DNA from: Candidatus Levyibacteriota bacterium
GTDB taxonomy: Bacteria; Patescibacteriota; Microgenomatia; Levybacterales; GWA1-39-11
NCBI GenBank assembly: GCA_030645455.1
Contig: JAUSNA010000018.1
Location: forward strand, 1-54,423
DNA: 54,423 nucleotides
Reading direction: 5' to 3'
Shown here: one piece after another, positions 1 through 9,700 of the stretch
How the letters are laid out: each line of letters starts with the position of its first letter
Numbering within the stretch: the stretch's first letter is position 1
Position numbers and translations under genes: made by a program
The notes under the pieces: model-generated
What the model was told of the DNA's origin: nothing
Database searches by the model: none
What the model saw: the letters and a program-made list of their open reading frames with translations, nothing else

Positions 1-2
1 TT

Positions 3-248
3 TCCGGTTCTTTCAAAAGTTTTAAAAAAGACGGAGAAGATGGAAGAAGTTATGATTTAGCATACCTTTTGGGCGCGACATTAAAAGGCACTATGCTCGT
101 TCCCGGTCAGCTAAAAAAGGGTATGTCGGCAGAAATGTCTATACCTTCAGAAACTCCAGGAATACCTGCCTCTAACTATTCTTCATCAGCAGTTAAAGAA
201 TTAGGAGTAATGATACACGAGAAGATTCCTCCTACTCCCACTCCATAG
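3..248 (+). CDS. C-terminal fragment of an unidentified protein (CDS enters from upstream of the window; no start in window)
   Basis: Frame 3 is open for 81 codons from the window edge to TAG 246-248 (...GATLKGTMLVPGQLKKGMSAEMSIPSETPGIPASNYSSSAVKELGVMIHEKIPPTPTP*), which is unusual in AT-rich DNA. It is absent from the ORF track because it has no long Met-initiated stretch. It converges on guaA with a 17-nt overlap. No family motif recognised. Confidence 0.35.
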   Translation, partial: SGSFKSFKKDGEDGRSYDLAYLLGATLKGTMLVPGQLKKGMSAEMSIPSETPGIPASNYSSSAVKELGVMIHEKIPPTPTP

Positions 249-1761
249 TGGCTGGAGGTTTTGTAGAGATATCGTATACGACGCGGGAGACGTCGGGAAC
301 TTCGTTGACTATCCGGGAAGAAATTGTTTGTAAAACGTCGTATGGTAATTTAGCCCAAGTTGAAGTCATAATATCTGCAGACTCAACAACTCTTAAGGCC
401 ACAACTTCTGAAAAACTCCGCCCATCTCCCTTGACGGCTGTTGACATCGCACCGGTAAGTACGGGAAATGAGATGAAAATTTTATCAAGCAATTTTGCCC
501 TACCCAATTCCTCCATTACAATTCTATCTGCTTGCTCTTCCATGGCCAATCTTTTCTCGGTTACAAAACCTCGGATTCTGACAGCATAACCCGGTCCCGG
601 AAATGGTTGCTTGTAAATAAATTCTTTCGGCAAATTCATTTTAAGTCCAATTGCCCGCACCTCATCTTTGTAAAATTCTCGAAGAGGCTCAAGCAGTTTC
701 ATTTTCATGTGCTTTGGAAGACCTCCAACATTATGGTGGGACTTTATTTTGGCTGAGTGTCTTGTGCCTTTACTCTCTATAACATCGCTATAAATTGTTC
801 CCTGCATAAGAAATTGCGGATTTATCCCTTTTTTCTCGAGGCGATCTAACTCATCTTCAAAAACCCTGACATAATGCCTCCCAATAATTTTTCTTTTCTC
901 CTCGCTATCTTTAACCCCCGACAAAAGAGCAAGCATTTCTTTTTTTGCTTCAATAATGATTGGCTTGATTCCAATATGTTCAAATATTTTCTCAACGTGA
1001 TCGCGTGCGTCATGACGCATCAAACCATTGTCAACATAAATGGGAAAAAACCTATCTCCAATTGCCTTGGCGGTCAGAACCGCTGCGACCGTACTATCCA
1101 CTCCCCCGCTTACAGCCCCAATTACATAATTTTCTCCGACCGTTTCTTTGATGTCTTCAACAAGACTTGGTGCAGATATTGTTGTAGAGCCTGTTTTGAG
1201 ATTGCAAATTGCCAAGAAATTGCGCAAGATTTCAAGTCCAAAATCGGTATGCTCCACTTCGGGGTGGAATTGAAGGCCGTATTGTTTTTTTTTGACATCC
1301 CCAACTATTGCAAATTTCATGTTGCGGGTTGTACCAAACACTTTCATACCCGTAGGCGCTTTAACAATTTCATCTCCATGGCTCATCCATACGGTAAATT
1401 CTGGTAAAATATTTTTTGCAATTAAAGATTCTTTTCCCCTAATTGTGAGGCTTGCCTTTACCGGTCCGTATTCACGCCTTCCCATTACAACCTTACCGCC
1501 GTTGAGATGCGACATTAACTGCAGGCCGTAACAAATGCCCAAAATTGGTATCCCAAGTGAAAAAATTACAGGATCAATGGTCGGAGCACCTGGCTCATAC
1601 ACGGACGAGGGTCCACCCGAAAGAATTATTCCTTGAGGCTCAGGAACCATGACAGGGCGGAATTTTTTTGGCTCAACTATTTGCACGGGAACACCAAGAT
1701 CTTTTATTCTCCTGGCAATTAAATGCGTCGTTTGTGAACCGAAATCAATGATAACAATCAT
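232..1761 (-). CDS. guaA: GMP synthase (glutamine-hydrolysing)
   Basis: 509 aa. N-terminal class-I amidotransferase with catalytic Cys in GICYGLQ, ATP-pyrophosphatase P-loop AVSGGVDST, and the typical C-terminal end PPATMEWE. Confidence 0.95.
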   Translation of the reverse strand: MIVIIDFGSQTTHLIARRIKDLGVPVQIVEPKKFRPVMVPEPQGIILSGGPSSVYEPGAPTIDPVIFSLGIPILGICYGLQLMSHLNGGKVVMGRREYGPVKASLTIRGKESLIAKNILPEFTVWMSHGDEIVKAPTGMKVFGTTRNMKFAIVGDVKKKQYGLQFHPEVEHTDFGLEILRNFLAICNLKTGSTTISAPSLVEDIKETVGENYVIGAVSGGVDSTVAAVLTAKAIGDRFFPIYVDNGLMRHDARDHVEKIFEHIGIKPIIIEAKKEMLALLSGVKDSEEKRKIIGRHYVRVFEDELDRLEKKGINPQFLMQGTIYSDVIESKGTRHSAKIKSHHNVGGLPKHMKMKLLEPLREFYKDEVRAIGLKMNLPKEFIYKQPFPGPGYAVRIRGFVTEKRLAMEEQADRIVMEELGRAKLLDKIFISFPVLTGAMSTAVKGDGRSFSEVVALRVVESADIMTSTWAKLPYDVLQTISSRIVNEVPDVSRVVYDISTKPPATMEWE

Positions 1762-1899
1762 AACTTTAAATTACAAAAAACAAATCACTATCTCCAAATA
1801 GATCTAAATTCATAATGTTTGAAATTTTAATATTGGTACTCGTTTGGAACCTGGAATCTTGAATTTGTAATTTCTGTGAAGTAGGGGTTTTCATACTTT

Positions 1900-1928
1900 A
1901 ATATATTCGAAACTAATAATTGTGTCAA
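1900..1928 (-). promoter_or_regulatory. candidate sigma70-type promoter for guaA
   Basis: The minus strand reads TTGACA (1928-1923), 17 nt, TATATT (1905-1900). This would give a ~130-nt 5' UTR before the guaA ATG at 1761. Confidence 0.4.
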
Positions 1929-1941
1929 TGCTCTTTCAGTC

Positions 1942-1950
1942 TGTTAAAAT
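1942..1950 (+). promoter_or_regulatory. extended -10 element immediately upstream of the M24 peptidase gene (candidate leaderless start)
   Basis: TGtTAAAAT at 1942-1950, only 5 nt before ATG 1956. No Shine-Dalgarno sequence. Confidence 0.35.
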
Positions 1951-1955
1951 AGGCT

Positions 1956-3053
1956 ATGTTTGAAAAAAGAATAAAAAACTTACAGGGATTTCTCTCCGAA
2001 CACGAAATCGATGCATTGCTCATCACCTCTGCCTATAACATTGCGTATCTTACAGGGGTTCATGCTTTTTCAATTGAAGAACGAGAAGCAAGAATTTTGG
2101 TAACAAAACAAAATTGCTATCTTTTTACTGACGCAAGATATTTAGAAATGATAAAAGAAAAAGCGTCATTTGTAACCCTTTGTGAAATTGTGAATTCTAA
2201 CCCCTTGTCAAAACAACTTAAGGCGGTAATTAAGAAAGAAAATATCAAAGAACTTGGGTTTGAGGAAGAAAATATTACCTACAAGGAAGCGAGCGACTTG
2301 GAGGAAACGCTGGCAGATGTTGAATTTATTCCAACGGTTGAAATTGTCGAAAATCTACGAACCATAAAGGATAGTTACGAAATTGAAAATATTAGAAAGG
2401 CATGCGCCCTCACCGACCGCGGATTTGATTATGTTTTGACTATTTTAAAACCAGGGGTTACAGAACTTGAAATTAAGGCAAAACTAGAAAATTTCATAAG
2501 ACTTGAGGGCGGAGATGTCGCTTTTCAATCAATTGTTGCTTTTGGTAAAAATTCTGCAATTCCCCACCATCTCTCTACAAACTACAAACTACAAACTACC
2601 GACTTGATTCTCTTAGATTTTGGTGCAAAAGTTAATGGATATTGCAGTGACATGACAAGAACTGTTTTTCTGGGAAAACCAAACGAGAAATTTCAGAACA
2701 TGTATAATGCTACAAAAGAGGCACAAGAAGTTACAATAGACTATATAAAAACTCACATGAATGATAAATTTGAGCTTAAAAACGCACACTTACTTGCCAA
2801 TAATCATCTCCACACCCTTGGCTTTTCAGACGTTCCACACTCTCTAGGGCATGGCGTGGGCCTTCAAGTTCATGAAATGCCTATGGTATCACCATTTTCT
2901 GACGAAAAACTTTCCCCTGGCATGATAATAACCGTAGAACCTGGAGTTTATATAAATAGTACAGGTGGAGTAAGAATTGAAGATACAGCACTCGTTACTC
3001 CAAATGGCCTTGAGTTACTTACAAAATCTCCTAAAGGGTTGACTGTTATTTAG
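1956..3053 (+). CDS. Xaa-Pro aminopeptidase/dipeptidase, peptidase family M24B
   Basis: 365 aa. Creatinase-like N-domain plus pita-bread metal-ligand motifs: DFGAKVNGYCSDMTRT, HSLGHGVGLQVHE, VEPGVY, GGVRIEDT. Confidence 0.85.
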   Translation: MFEKRIKNLQGFLSEHEIDALLITSAYNIAYLTGVHAFSIEEREARILVTKQNCYLFTDARYLEMIKEKASFVTLCEIVNSNPLSKQLKAVIKKENIKELGFEEENITYKEASDLEETLADVEFIPTVEIVENLRTIKDSYEIENIRKACALTDRGFDYVLTILKPGVTELEIKAKLENFIRLEGGDVAFQSIVAFGKNSAIPHHLSTNYKLQTTDLILLDFGAKVNGYCSDMTRTVFLGKPNEKFQNMYNATKEAQEVTIDYIKTHMNDKFELKNAHLLANNHLHTLGFSDVPHSLGHGVGLQVHEMPMVSPFSDEKLSPGMIITVEPGVYINSTGGVRIEDTALVTPNGLELLTKSPKGLTVI

Positions 3054-3074
3054 AATTGTTGTATTTTAATTGAC

Positions 3075-3755
3075 ATGAATAAAGTTCCGTTCGTTATAAT
3101 CGGCATCCTTTTAATAACTGCAGTTTTTGTTGCTGTTTTTTCGAGTGACGAAGGAAAGAATCCACTGGAAGCGCTGGGAGAGACTACTCCAACACCCTCT
3201 CTGGTTTTTGCAACCGGTAGCCAAGCCGATCCCAATCAACAGCAGGCACAGCAACAAGCTCAACAGAAGCAAACTGTTCCAACGGTCGCACAAAATCAGA
3301 TCATTTCAGCCAAAATGGTCACCATCCAAACAGAAAAGGGAGCTATTGAAATTGAGCTGTATCCTACTGACGCACCCAAAACAGTTGCAAATTTTGCAAC
3401 TCATGCAAAAAATGGATACTACAATGGCCTCACATTTCATCGCGTTGAACCGGGATTTGTAATTCAGGGCGGAGATCCTAATGGTAATGGAAGCGGAGGG
3501 TATTCGATTTTCGGCCCTACGTTTGAAGATGAATTAAATCCCGAGACCGAAAGTTATAAAGCAGGATACCTTGAAGGAGTTGTTGCCATGGCTAACCGTG
3601 GACCGAATACCAACGGTTCCCAATTTTTTATAATGCTTGCCGACAATACTACTCTTCCTAAAAACTACACTATCTTTGGTAAGGTTACAAAAGGCATGGA
3701 TGTAGTCAAGAAAATTACCGTCGGAGACAAAATGACTTCAGTTGAAGCAAAATAA
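3075..3755 (+). CDS. cyclophilin-type peptidyl-prolyl cis-trans isomerase with N-terminal membrane anchor/signal and Q-rich linker
   Basis: 226 aa. Hydrophobic N-terminus ([19 protein letters not shown]), linker [13 protein letters not shown], cyclophilin core [15 protein letters not shown] and GSQFFIM. Confidence 0.9.
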   Translation: MNKVPFVIIGILLITAVFVAVFSSDEGKNPLEALGETTPTPSLVFATGSQADPNQQQAQQQAQQKQTVPTVAQNQIISAKMVTIQTEKGAIEIELYPTDAPKTVANFATHAKNGYYNGLTFHRVEPGFVIQGGDPNGNGSGGYSIFGPTFEDELNPETESYKAGYLEGVVAMANRGPNTNGSQFFIMLADNTTLPKNYTIFGKVTKGMDVVKKITVGDKMTSVEAK

Positions 3756-3860
3756 CTTCGTAAATTCTTCCAGAATAACTATTTCCAATTCGGTCATATT
3801 CCATTTTTAAGAACTTCTTCGCCTTAGACGGCTATATCTTTCGTGGAAAAAAACATAGGC

Positions 3861-4307
3861 TTATTTTAGCCAAATATAGAAAAAGTAAACCGTTGAAATA
3901 ATAAAAATAACGCTGATACATTGCCAATAAATTTGCATTGCTATCCAAGAAGAATTTCTCTTGAAATACTTTGAAAACCAAAGGGTATGCTCGGGATTTC
4001 TATGATTAACGGCAAACTGTTCCATGAACCAGTACATCTGCTCTCCGATACTTCTTATTGTCCAAAATAATGAAATAGTTAGTAAGAATAATATAAAATC
4101 TTGAATGATAAAAATGGCTGTGGAAACACCAATAAAAAAAGCTCCAAATATAACAGCGTCAGCCCAGACAAACGCTCCAAGAAGATTAAATTCCACGCAG
4201 AGTCCATATGGGTTGTTTTTAGATTTAACCTGCCTCAATCCTCGAATAAATGCAATACACGCATACATTCCCCACAATACTACTATAAGAAGTTGAATCG
4301 AATTCAT
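3861..4307 (-). CDS. integral membrane protein, unknown function
   Basis: 148 aa with four hydrophobic helices, rich in Trp and Phe. No motif recognised. Confidence 0.55.
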   Translation of the reverse strand: MNSIQLLIVVLWGMYACIAFIRGLRQVKSKNNPYGLCVEFNLLGAFVWADAVIFGAFFIGVSTAIFIIQDFILFLLTISLFWTIRSIGEQMYWFMEQFAVNHRNPEHTLWFSKYFKRNSSWIAMQIYWQCISVIFIISTVYFFYIWLK

Positions 4308-4419
4308 AGTACCTTTATACCAGACTCAAGCTAAATTACAACTAAAGTGTGAGCTACCTTACTGAAATAATATTTCAACTCTGCAATATTAAATATGACA
4401 TGAAGGGAGGTGATAAAAT

Positions 4420-4584
4420 ATGCAACTAAACAACTCCAGAGAAAATACAAACAAATTACCGACTACACCTCAGGAAAGTGCCGGATTTGACTTTGATCTC
4501 TGGAAAGAAGAAGTGCAAATGGAAGCAATAAGGTTGCCAAGGCATGTACATCATTGGATATCTGCCGGCACAAATGATTTCTAA
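4420..4584 (+). CDS. small hypothetical protein (54 aa; below ORF-track cutoff)
   Basis: ATG 4420 is preceded by a strong SD, GGGAGGTG (4405-4412). The context AAGGGAGGTGAnAAAtATG is the same as at the secreted-protein genes at 46673 and 48302. Product MQLNNSRENTNKLPTTPQESAGFDFDLWKEEVQMEAIRLPRHVHHWISAGTNDF, stop TAA 4582-4584. Confidence 0.35.
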   Translation: MQLNNSRENTNKLPTTPQESAGFDFDLWKEEVQMEAIRLPRHVHHWISAGTNDF

Positions 4585-4620
4585 TAACGTTTTCTCCCTC
4601 GCTCTCCCTCGAGCCTTATT

Positions 4621-5526
4621 TTATTGACGGAAGAATTTAAATATTACCCAATCGGCAACATGATCCCCGGCCGTAGGGCTATAAATTTCGACCCTTACCG
4701 GCCATCCGGTTGAAGGATCTATTAATCGTGAATTGATGTGTTCACCGGTTGTCTCCTTCAAAGCATTTCCTACAAATCCCGGGTATGCATCACGCTCAAT
4801 TTCTGCAGTTACTTGATTGTTAAGGTGTAATGGAACTGTTTCACCTATCCACAACACTGAGGTTAGCGGATTTGGCCGCGAAGATACGGGTTGCAGGAAC
4901 CTATCAACTTCTTTTCTATATTCTTTTTCAGTTCCACTTATAGAAATAGGTTCGTGGGAAGAGGGTATATATCCCCGCCAATCATCTTTGACTTTTAGGG
5001 CAACCCCAATCACATCCAGCTCACTCCCCTGTCTATTTTTGTGTACAAACTTCCAATCTTTCTCCTCTTTACCGTCTATATGAACTGTTTTATTTCTTAC
5101 AAGTTCCTTTAGCTCTCCATTTTCGATAAATCGGGTTGGGGGAATATAAAACCTTAGTAATTTTGTATCTTTAGGCAGAAAAATTGGAGCTTCCGTAAGG
5201 TTTGTTACAGCAAGCGGGAATTCGAAGGAGTTTATGTCATCTGCCTCCAAATACGCCTCTATAGCATATGTAGTCGCAAAATTAGCTGCATGGAGGCCAC
5301 TTTGAGCGTATCTGCTTCGAAGAGACGCCACAAACCTCTCCTCCTCTTCCTCTGTTAATTCTTCCGGAAAACTTCCGGGAGAACTCACAAGACGCGCAAC
5401 CTCAATACCATGAGGTCTTATAAGAATATTCCTCTTCAACGACACGTCTTCGCCAATCCAAACCCTTTCGTTGGACTGTGACGAACTTGACTCCATTTCG
5501 TTGCTCATAGGTAGAGTATTATACAT
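4621..5526 (-). CDS. hypothetical protein (301 aa); the C-terminal segment faintly resembles the dUTPase/dCTP-deaminase beta-barrel motif
   Basis: Long ORF filling the gap downstream of rpsG. The only family hint is HINSRLIDPSTGWPVRVEIYSPT, which resembles the IDPGF.G.itLE motif of trimeric dUTPase-fold enzymes. Confidence 0.6.
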   Translation of the reverse strand: MYNTLPMSNEMESSSSQSNERVWIGEDVSLKRNILIRPHGIEVARLVSSPGSFPEELTEEEEERFVASLRSRYAQSGLHAANFATTYAIEAYLEADDINSFEFPLAVTNLTEAPIFLPKDTKLLRFYIPPTRFIENGELKELVRNKTVHIDGKEEKDWKFVHKNRQGSELDVIGVALKVKDDWRGYIPSSHEPISISGTEKEYRKEVDRFLQPVSSRPNPLTSVLWIGETVPLHLNNQVTAEIERDAYPGFVGNALKETTGEHINSRLIDPSTGWPVRVEIYSPTAGDHVADWVIFKFFRQ

Positions 5527-5681
5527 CTAACTTTGAGCTTATTCAAGAATTATAGGATATAAATTATGCGGTGATGTAAATTCTAATGCAAATATCACAC
5601 ATCATAACCTGTCAAGGAGATTTATAAAACTAAAATCTGAAGTGGGCCTTCTTTCACCAAGGCTTCGAAATGATAAGAGAA

Positions 5682-6161
5682 CTAGAAGCGAAAATGTGCG
5701 AATGCTTTGTTGGCATCTGCCATTTTGTGGACGCTGTCTCTTTTTCTGATTGCTTCACCTTCGTTATTTACGGCAGAAATGATTTCTGCGGCCAATTTTT
5801 GGGAAAAAGTTTTGAACTCTGAATTGGGTTTTTTTCTAGCTGCCTCGAGTAACCAGCGAATGGAGAGTGAAATCTTTCGTACTCCACGCACCTCCATAGG
5901 AACCTGGTAAGCTGCTCCTCCGACTCTTTTTGCCCTAACTTCTTGTTTTGGAGCAATTGTGTCTAGAGCTTTTTCAAAAGTGGCAATTGGATCCATCCCT
6001 TTTTCTTTAATGATATCTAGTGCATTGTAAACATTTTTCTGGGCAATGGTTTTCTTGCCGTCTTCCATAACATTATTTATGAATTTTGTAAGCAATGTAC
6101 TCCCGTAAATTGGATCGGGTTCCATTTTTCTTTTAGGTATGTTTTTTTGTCCTCTTGGCAT
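5682..6161 (-). CDS. rpsG: 30S ribosomal protein S7
   Basis: 159 aa. MPRGQKNIPKRKMEPDPIYGS..., typical S7 sequence and length, immediately downstream of rpsL. Confidence 0.97.
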   Translation of the reverse strand: MPRGQKNIPKRKMEPDPIYGSTLLTKFINNVMEDGKKTIAQKNVYNALDIIKEKGMDPIATFEKALDTIAPKQEVRAKRVGGAAYQVPMEVRGVRKISLSIRWLLEAARKKPNSEFKTFSQKLAAEIISAVNNEGEAIRKRDSVHKMADANKAFAHFRF

Positions 6162-6165
6162 AAAT

Positions 6166-6197
6166 TAATGATTGATGATTAATGATTGATGATTAAT
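6166..6197. repeat. 14-nt tandem repeat (TAATGATTGATGAT x2 plus TAAT) in the rpsL-rpsG spacer
   Basis: Direct reading of 6162-6236. It is followed by ATTAACC x2. The spacer contains stop codons in all frames on both strands and no SD before the rpsG ATG. Confidence 0.7.
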
Positions 6198-6236
6198 TTT
6201 AACTATTAACCATTAACCATTAGTCATGGCTCAGCA

Positions 6237-6659
6237 TTACGCTGCGGCCGATCCCCCTTTCTTTGCTCCGTATTTTGAACGTGAGGTTTTTCTTCCTTGT
6301 ACTCCTGCAAGGTCAAATTTTCCCCGCACCAAATGGTATTTTACACCCGGCAAATCCTTTACTCTTCCGCCGCGTACCAAAACGATTCCGTGTTCGGCAA
6401 GATTGTGTCCGATTCCCTGAATATAGGCTGTTACTTCTTCACGATTTGAGAGCTTGACGCGGGCAACTTTTCTCAAAGCAGAATTTGGTTTTTTCGGGGT
6501 CATGGTTCTAACCAAAGTTACAACTCCTCTTTTTTGAGGTGAAGGATTCTCGGTATACGCTCTATTTTTAGCATTAAAAATAGTCCGCAAACCTGTTGCT
6601 TTAATTTTCTTATTCTTTTTTGCCCGTCCCTTTTTGACGAGTTGGTTTAGTGTTGGCAT
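6237..6659 (-). CDS. rpsL: 30S ribosomal protein S12
   Basis: 140 aa. [12 protein letters not shown]... and [10 protein letters not shown]. Canonical S12. Confidence 0.97.
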   Translation of the reverse strand: MPTLNQLVKKGRAKKNKKIKATGLRTIFNAKNRAYTENPSPQKRGVVTLVRTMTPKKPNSALRKVARVKLSNREEVTAYIQGIGHNLAEHGIVLVRGGRVKDLPGVKYHLVRGKFDLAGVQGRKTSRSKYGAKKGGSAAA

Positions 6660-6736
6660 AATATTAATTAAAAATTAAAAGTTTTAAATTCAAAGTGACA
6701 ATTCTTAACTTTGCACTTTTAACTTTGGACTTGTAA

Positions 6737-9700
6737 TTATACACTTTCCTCAGCTTCATTTCCAGCTTCATCTGAGGAAACTTCTTCAGAAGGTTTTTCT
6801 TCCGTGGCAGATTTGGTCAATTCCTCAACAGACACTTCAGTTGCAGGCTCACTTGCTTCGGCTTCTTTCATTATTTCACTGTCAACTTCAACCTCAGACG
6901 CAACTTCCTCAACCGGAGGAATATAATTATCCATCAAGTGTTCCCGTACAGGAATAAGACGCCCCACAATGACATTTTCTTTAAGACCAATAAGATCGTC
7001 TACCTTACCCTCCAAAGATGCATCTGTCAGTACCTGGGTTGTCTCCTGGAAAGATGCTGCTGACAACCAAGAATCCGTAACAAGTGCCGCTTTAGTAACA
7101 CCAAGCATGGTTTCTCTAGCAGTTGCAGGCTCTCCGCCTTCAGAGATAACTGCTGCATTTTCATCCTCAAATCTCAGCTTTGAAATAAGATCTCCTGGGA
7201 GAAGCGATGTATCTCCTGCTGTCTCAATCATTACCTTATCAGACATTTTTCTCACAATTGTCTCAAAATGCTTATAGTGAATAGAAATACCCTGAGATTC
7301 ATAAACATATTGGATTTGATCAATAAGATATCTCTGTGCTTTCTCAAGTCCACCAACTTTTAATACATCTTTAGGATCCAAATGTCCTTCACAAAGCTGC
7401 GTTCCGGCAACAACCTGCTCACCGTCTTCGATAAGCAAACTCGAGGCAAGAGGCACGAAATACTCACGCTCTTCAACAGGCTTTACCTTAGTATTCTTTA
7501 TCTTTACAATATATCCGTCTTCTACTTTTTCAACGCTTGCCTTACCGGTGATTTCTGCGACAGGAGCCAAATTCTTAGGTCTTCTTACCTCAAATAGCTC
7601 TTCAACTCTTGGCAAACCTTGGGTAACGTCAGACATAACAACTCCTCCAAAGTGCTTAACCCTCATTGTAAGCTGAGTTCCGGGCTCTCCAATTGTTTGT
7701 GCTGCTATCACTCCAACAGGTGTTCCAAGATCCGCTCTCTTGTAAGAAGAGAGGTCCCATCCGTAACAGGCTGCACACATTCCGTATTTAAGTCTGCAAT
7801 AAATAGGAGTTCGGACCTCTGCTGAAAGTATCGATTCGTCTTTCAAAATTTCATCAAGCTTCTCGTGATCAATATCATCACCCTTCTTAACATATACTTT
7901 CTTGGTTTTCTTAGAAGAAATATCTTTTAATGCAACTCTTCCCAAAAGCATATTAACAAGTGGGGTAATATTCTCACGGTTTTCAAGTGAAACATGATAT
8001 CCCATTGTCGTTCCGCAGTCTGCCTCACGGATAATAACGTCGTGAGTAACGTCCACCAATCTACGTGTCAAGTATCCTGCATCAGCGGTTTTGAGGGCTG
8101 AGTCAGTCAAACCTTTTCTTGATCCGCGAGCTGAGTTGACGTATTCAAAGATGGATAAACCTTCACGGAAATTAGATTTAATAGGAAGCTCAACGATACG
8201 TCCTAGCGGATCGTAAATAAGACCTCTCATAGCAGCTAGCTGCTTGATCTGATCTTTTCCGGCTCTTGCTCCTCCCGAATCGGCAATAATTCTGACGATA
8301 TCGTTCTTCGCAAAGAGATCCCAGGTCAAATTTGCCATCTTCTCAGTAACCTCAAGCCACACATGGTTCATAAGTCTCTTCTGCTCACTCATGGTAACAA
8401 GACCCTGCTGATACTCTTCTTCAATATTCTGGATTTGCTTTTCGGCAGCATCGATAAGCGTGTCTTTGTTATCAAGCATCTTCAAATCAAATGTTGATAC
8501 GGAAATTCCTGAAATTGTAGCGGCATAAAATCCGATTTCTTTAATTTTGTCGATAAGGTTTGCAACCTCAACCTCTGAAATTTCAACCATTGCTTTTGTT
8601 ATAATTTCACGGATTGTTGATGCTTTGATTTCCTCATTTACAAATCTCATTTTTAGAGGCAAAGCTTCATTAAACATTACCCGACCAAGAGTTGTTTCAA
8701 ATGTATTTCCATCAAAACGGATCGTGATAGGCTCTCTAAGCGTTATCATCTTTAATGAAAGTGCCAAATATGCTTCAGACGCGTCTGCAAACATTGGAAG
8801 AGCTTCTTTTCTCTTTGACTCATCAATACTTGTCAGATAGAACATACCCAAAGCCATTTCTTTATTTGGAAGAGTAATTGGGTTACCGTCTGCAGGTTTT
8901 AGTAAATTTGATGCAGGCATCATGAGCTGTATTGCCTCTTCTTGAGCTCTTGCTGACAACGGCACGTGAATGGCCATTTGGTCTCCATCAAAATCCGCAT
9001 TGTAGCCTGCGCAGACACAAGGATGGATCTTAATAGCACTGCCCTCAACCAAAACAGGATAGAATGCCTGGATACCCAATTTATGAAGGGTAGGAGCACG
9101 GTTAAGAAGAACCGGATGATTTTTGGTGATCTCCTCTAAAATATCAAAAACTTCAGGTGGCCTTTTCTCTATATATCTCTTTGCTGCTTTTGCATTTGGA
9201 GTGGTCAATCCCCGAGCAATAATTTCACGGATAACAAATGGTTTGAAAAGTTCTAGAGCCATTTCTTTTGGAAGTCCGCATTGGTTTAGCGACAATTCGG
9301 GTCCGACAATAATAACTGATCGGCCGGAATAATCGACACGCTTTCCAAGAAGATTTTTTCGGAAACGTCCTTGTTTTCCTCTCAAAACATCTGACAATGA
9401 TTTGAATTGTCTTTGAGTTGATGAAGCTCTAATTGATGTATCAATAAGATAATCAACAGACTCCTGAAGCATTCTTTTTTCGTTTCGGAGAATTATTTCA
9501 GGTGCACCTAATGAAATTAAGTGATTTAGCCTGTTATTTCTGTTAATTACTCTTCTATAAAGATCATTAAGATCAGAAGTTGCAAATCTTCCTCCATTTA
9601 ACTGAACCATCGGTCGAAGGTCAGGTGGAAGAACGGGAAGAACCCGCAAAACCATTGATGAAAGATCAAATCCGGCTTCATTTATAGCCTCAATGAGATG

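Noticed and set aside
874-1407. Long antisense ORFs inside conserved genes (for example 874-1407 in guaA, 15042-15440, 24271-24738 in yvcK, 30784-31317 in ftsK, 40581-40967, 53664-54056)
   Set aside because: Each lies opposite a gene with unambiguous family motifs. The products are compositionally biased and lack start-site signals.
1762-1893. Purine/guanine riboswitch in the ~130-nt putative guaA leader
   Set aside because: I could not find the conserved purine-riboswitch core (the UAUAAU...three-way junction with the CCGUAAAU-type loops), and no terminator or SD-sequestering hairpin is evident.
6162-6236. Possible CRISPR array or minisatellite among the AT-rich word repeats (also 16744-16811, 19809-19892, 54380-54423)
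   Set aside because: The repeat units are only 6-14 nt and directly adjacent, with no 25-40-nt spacers. No cas genes are present. These are low-complexity spacers, not CRISPR.
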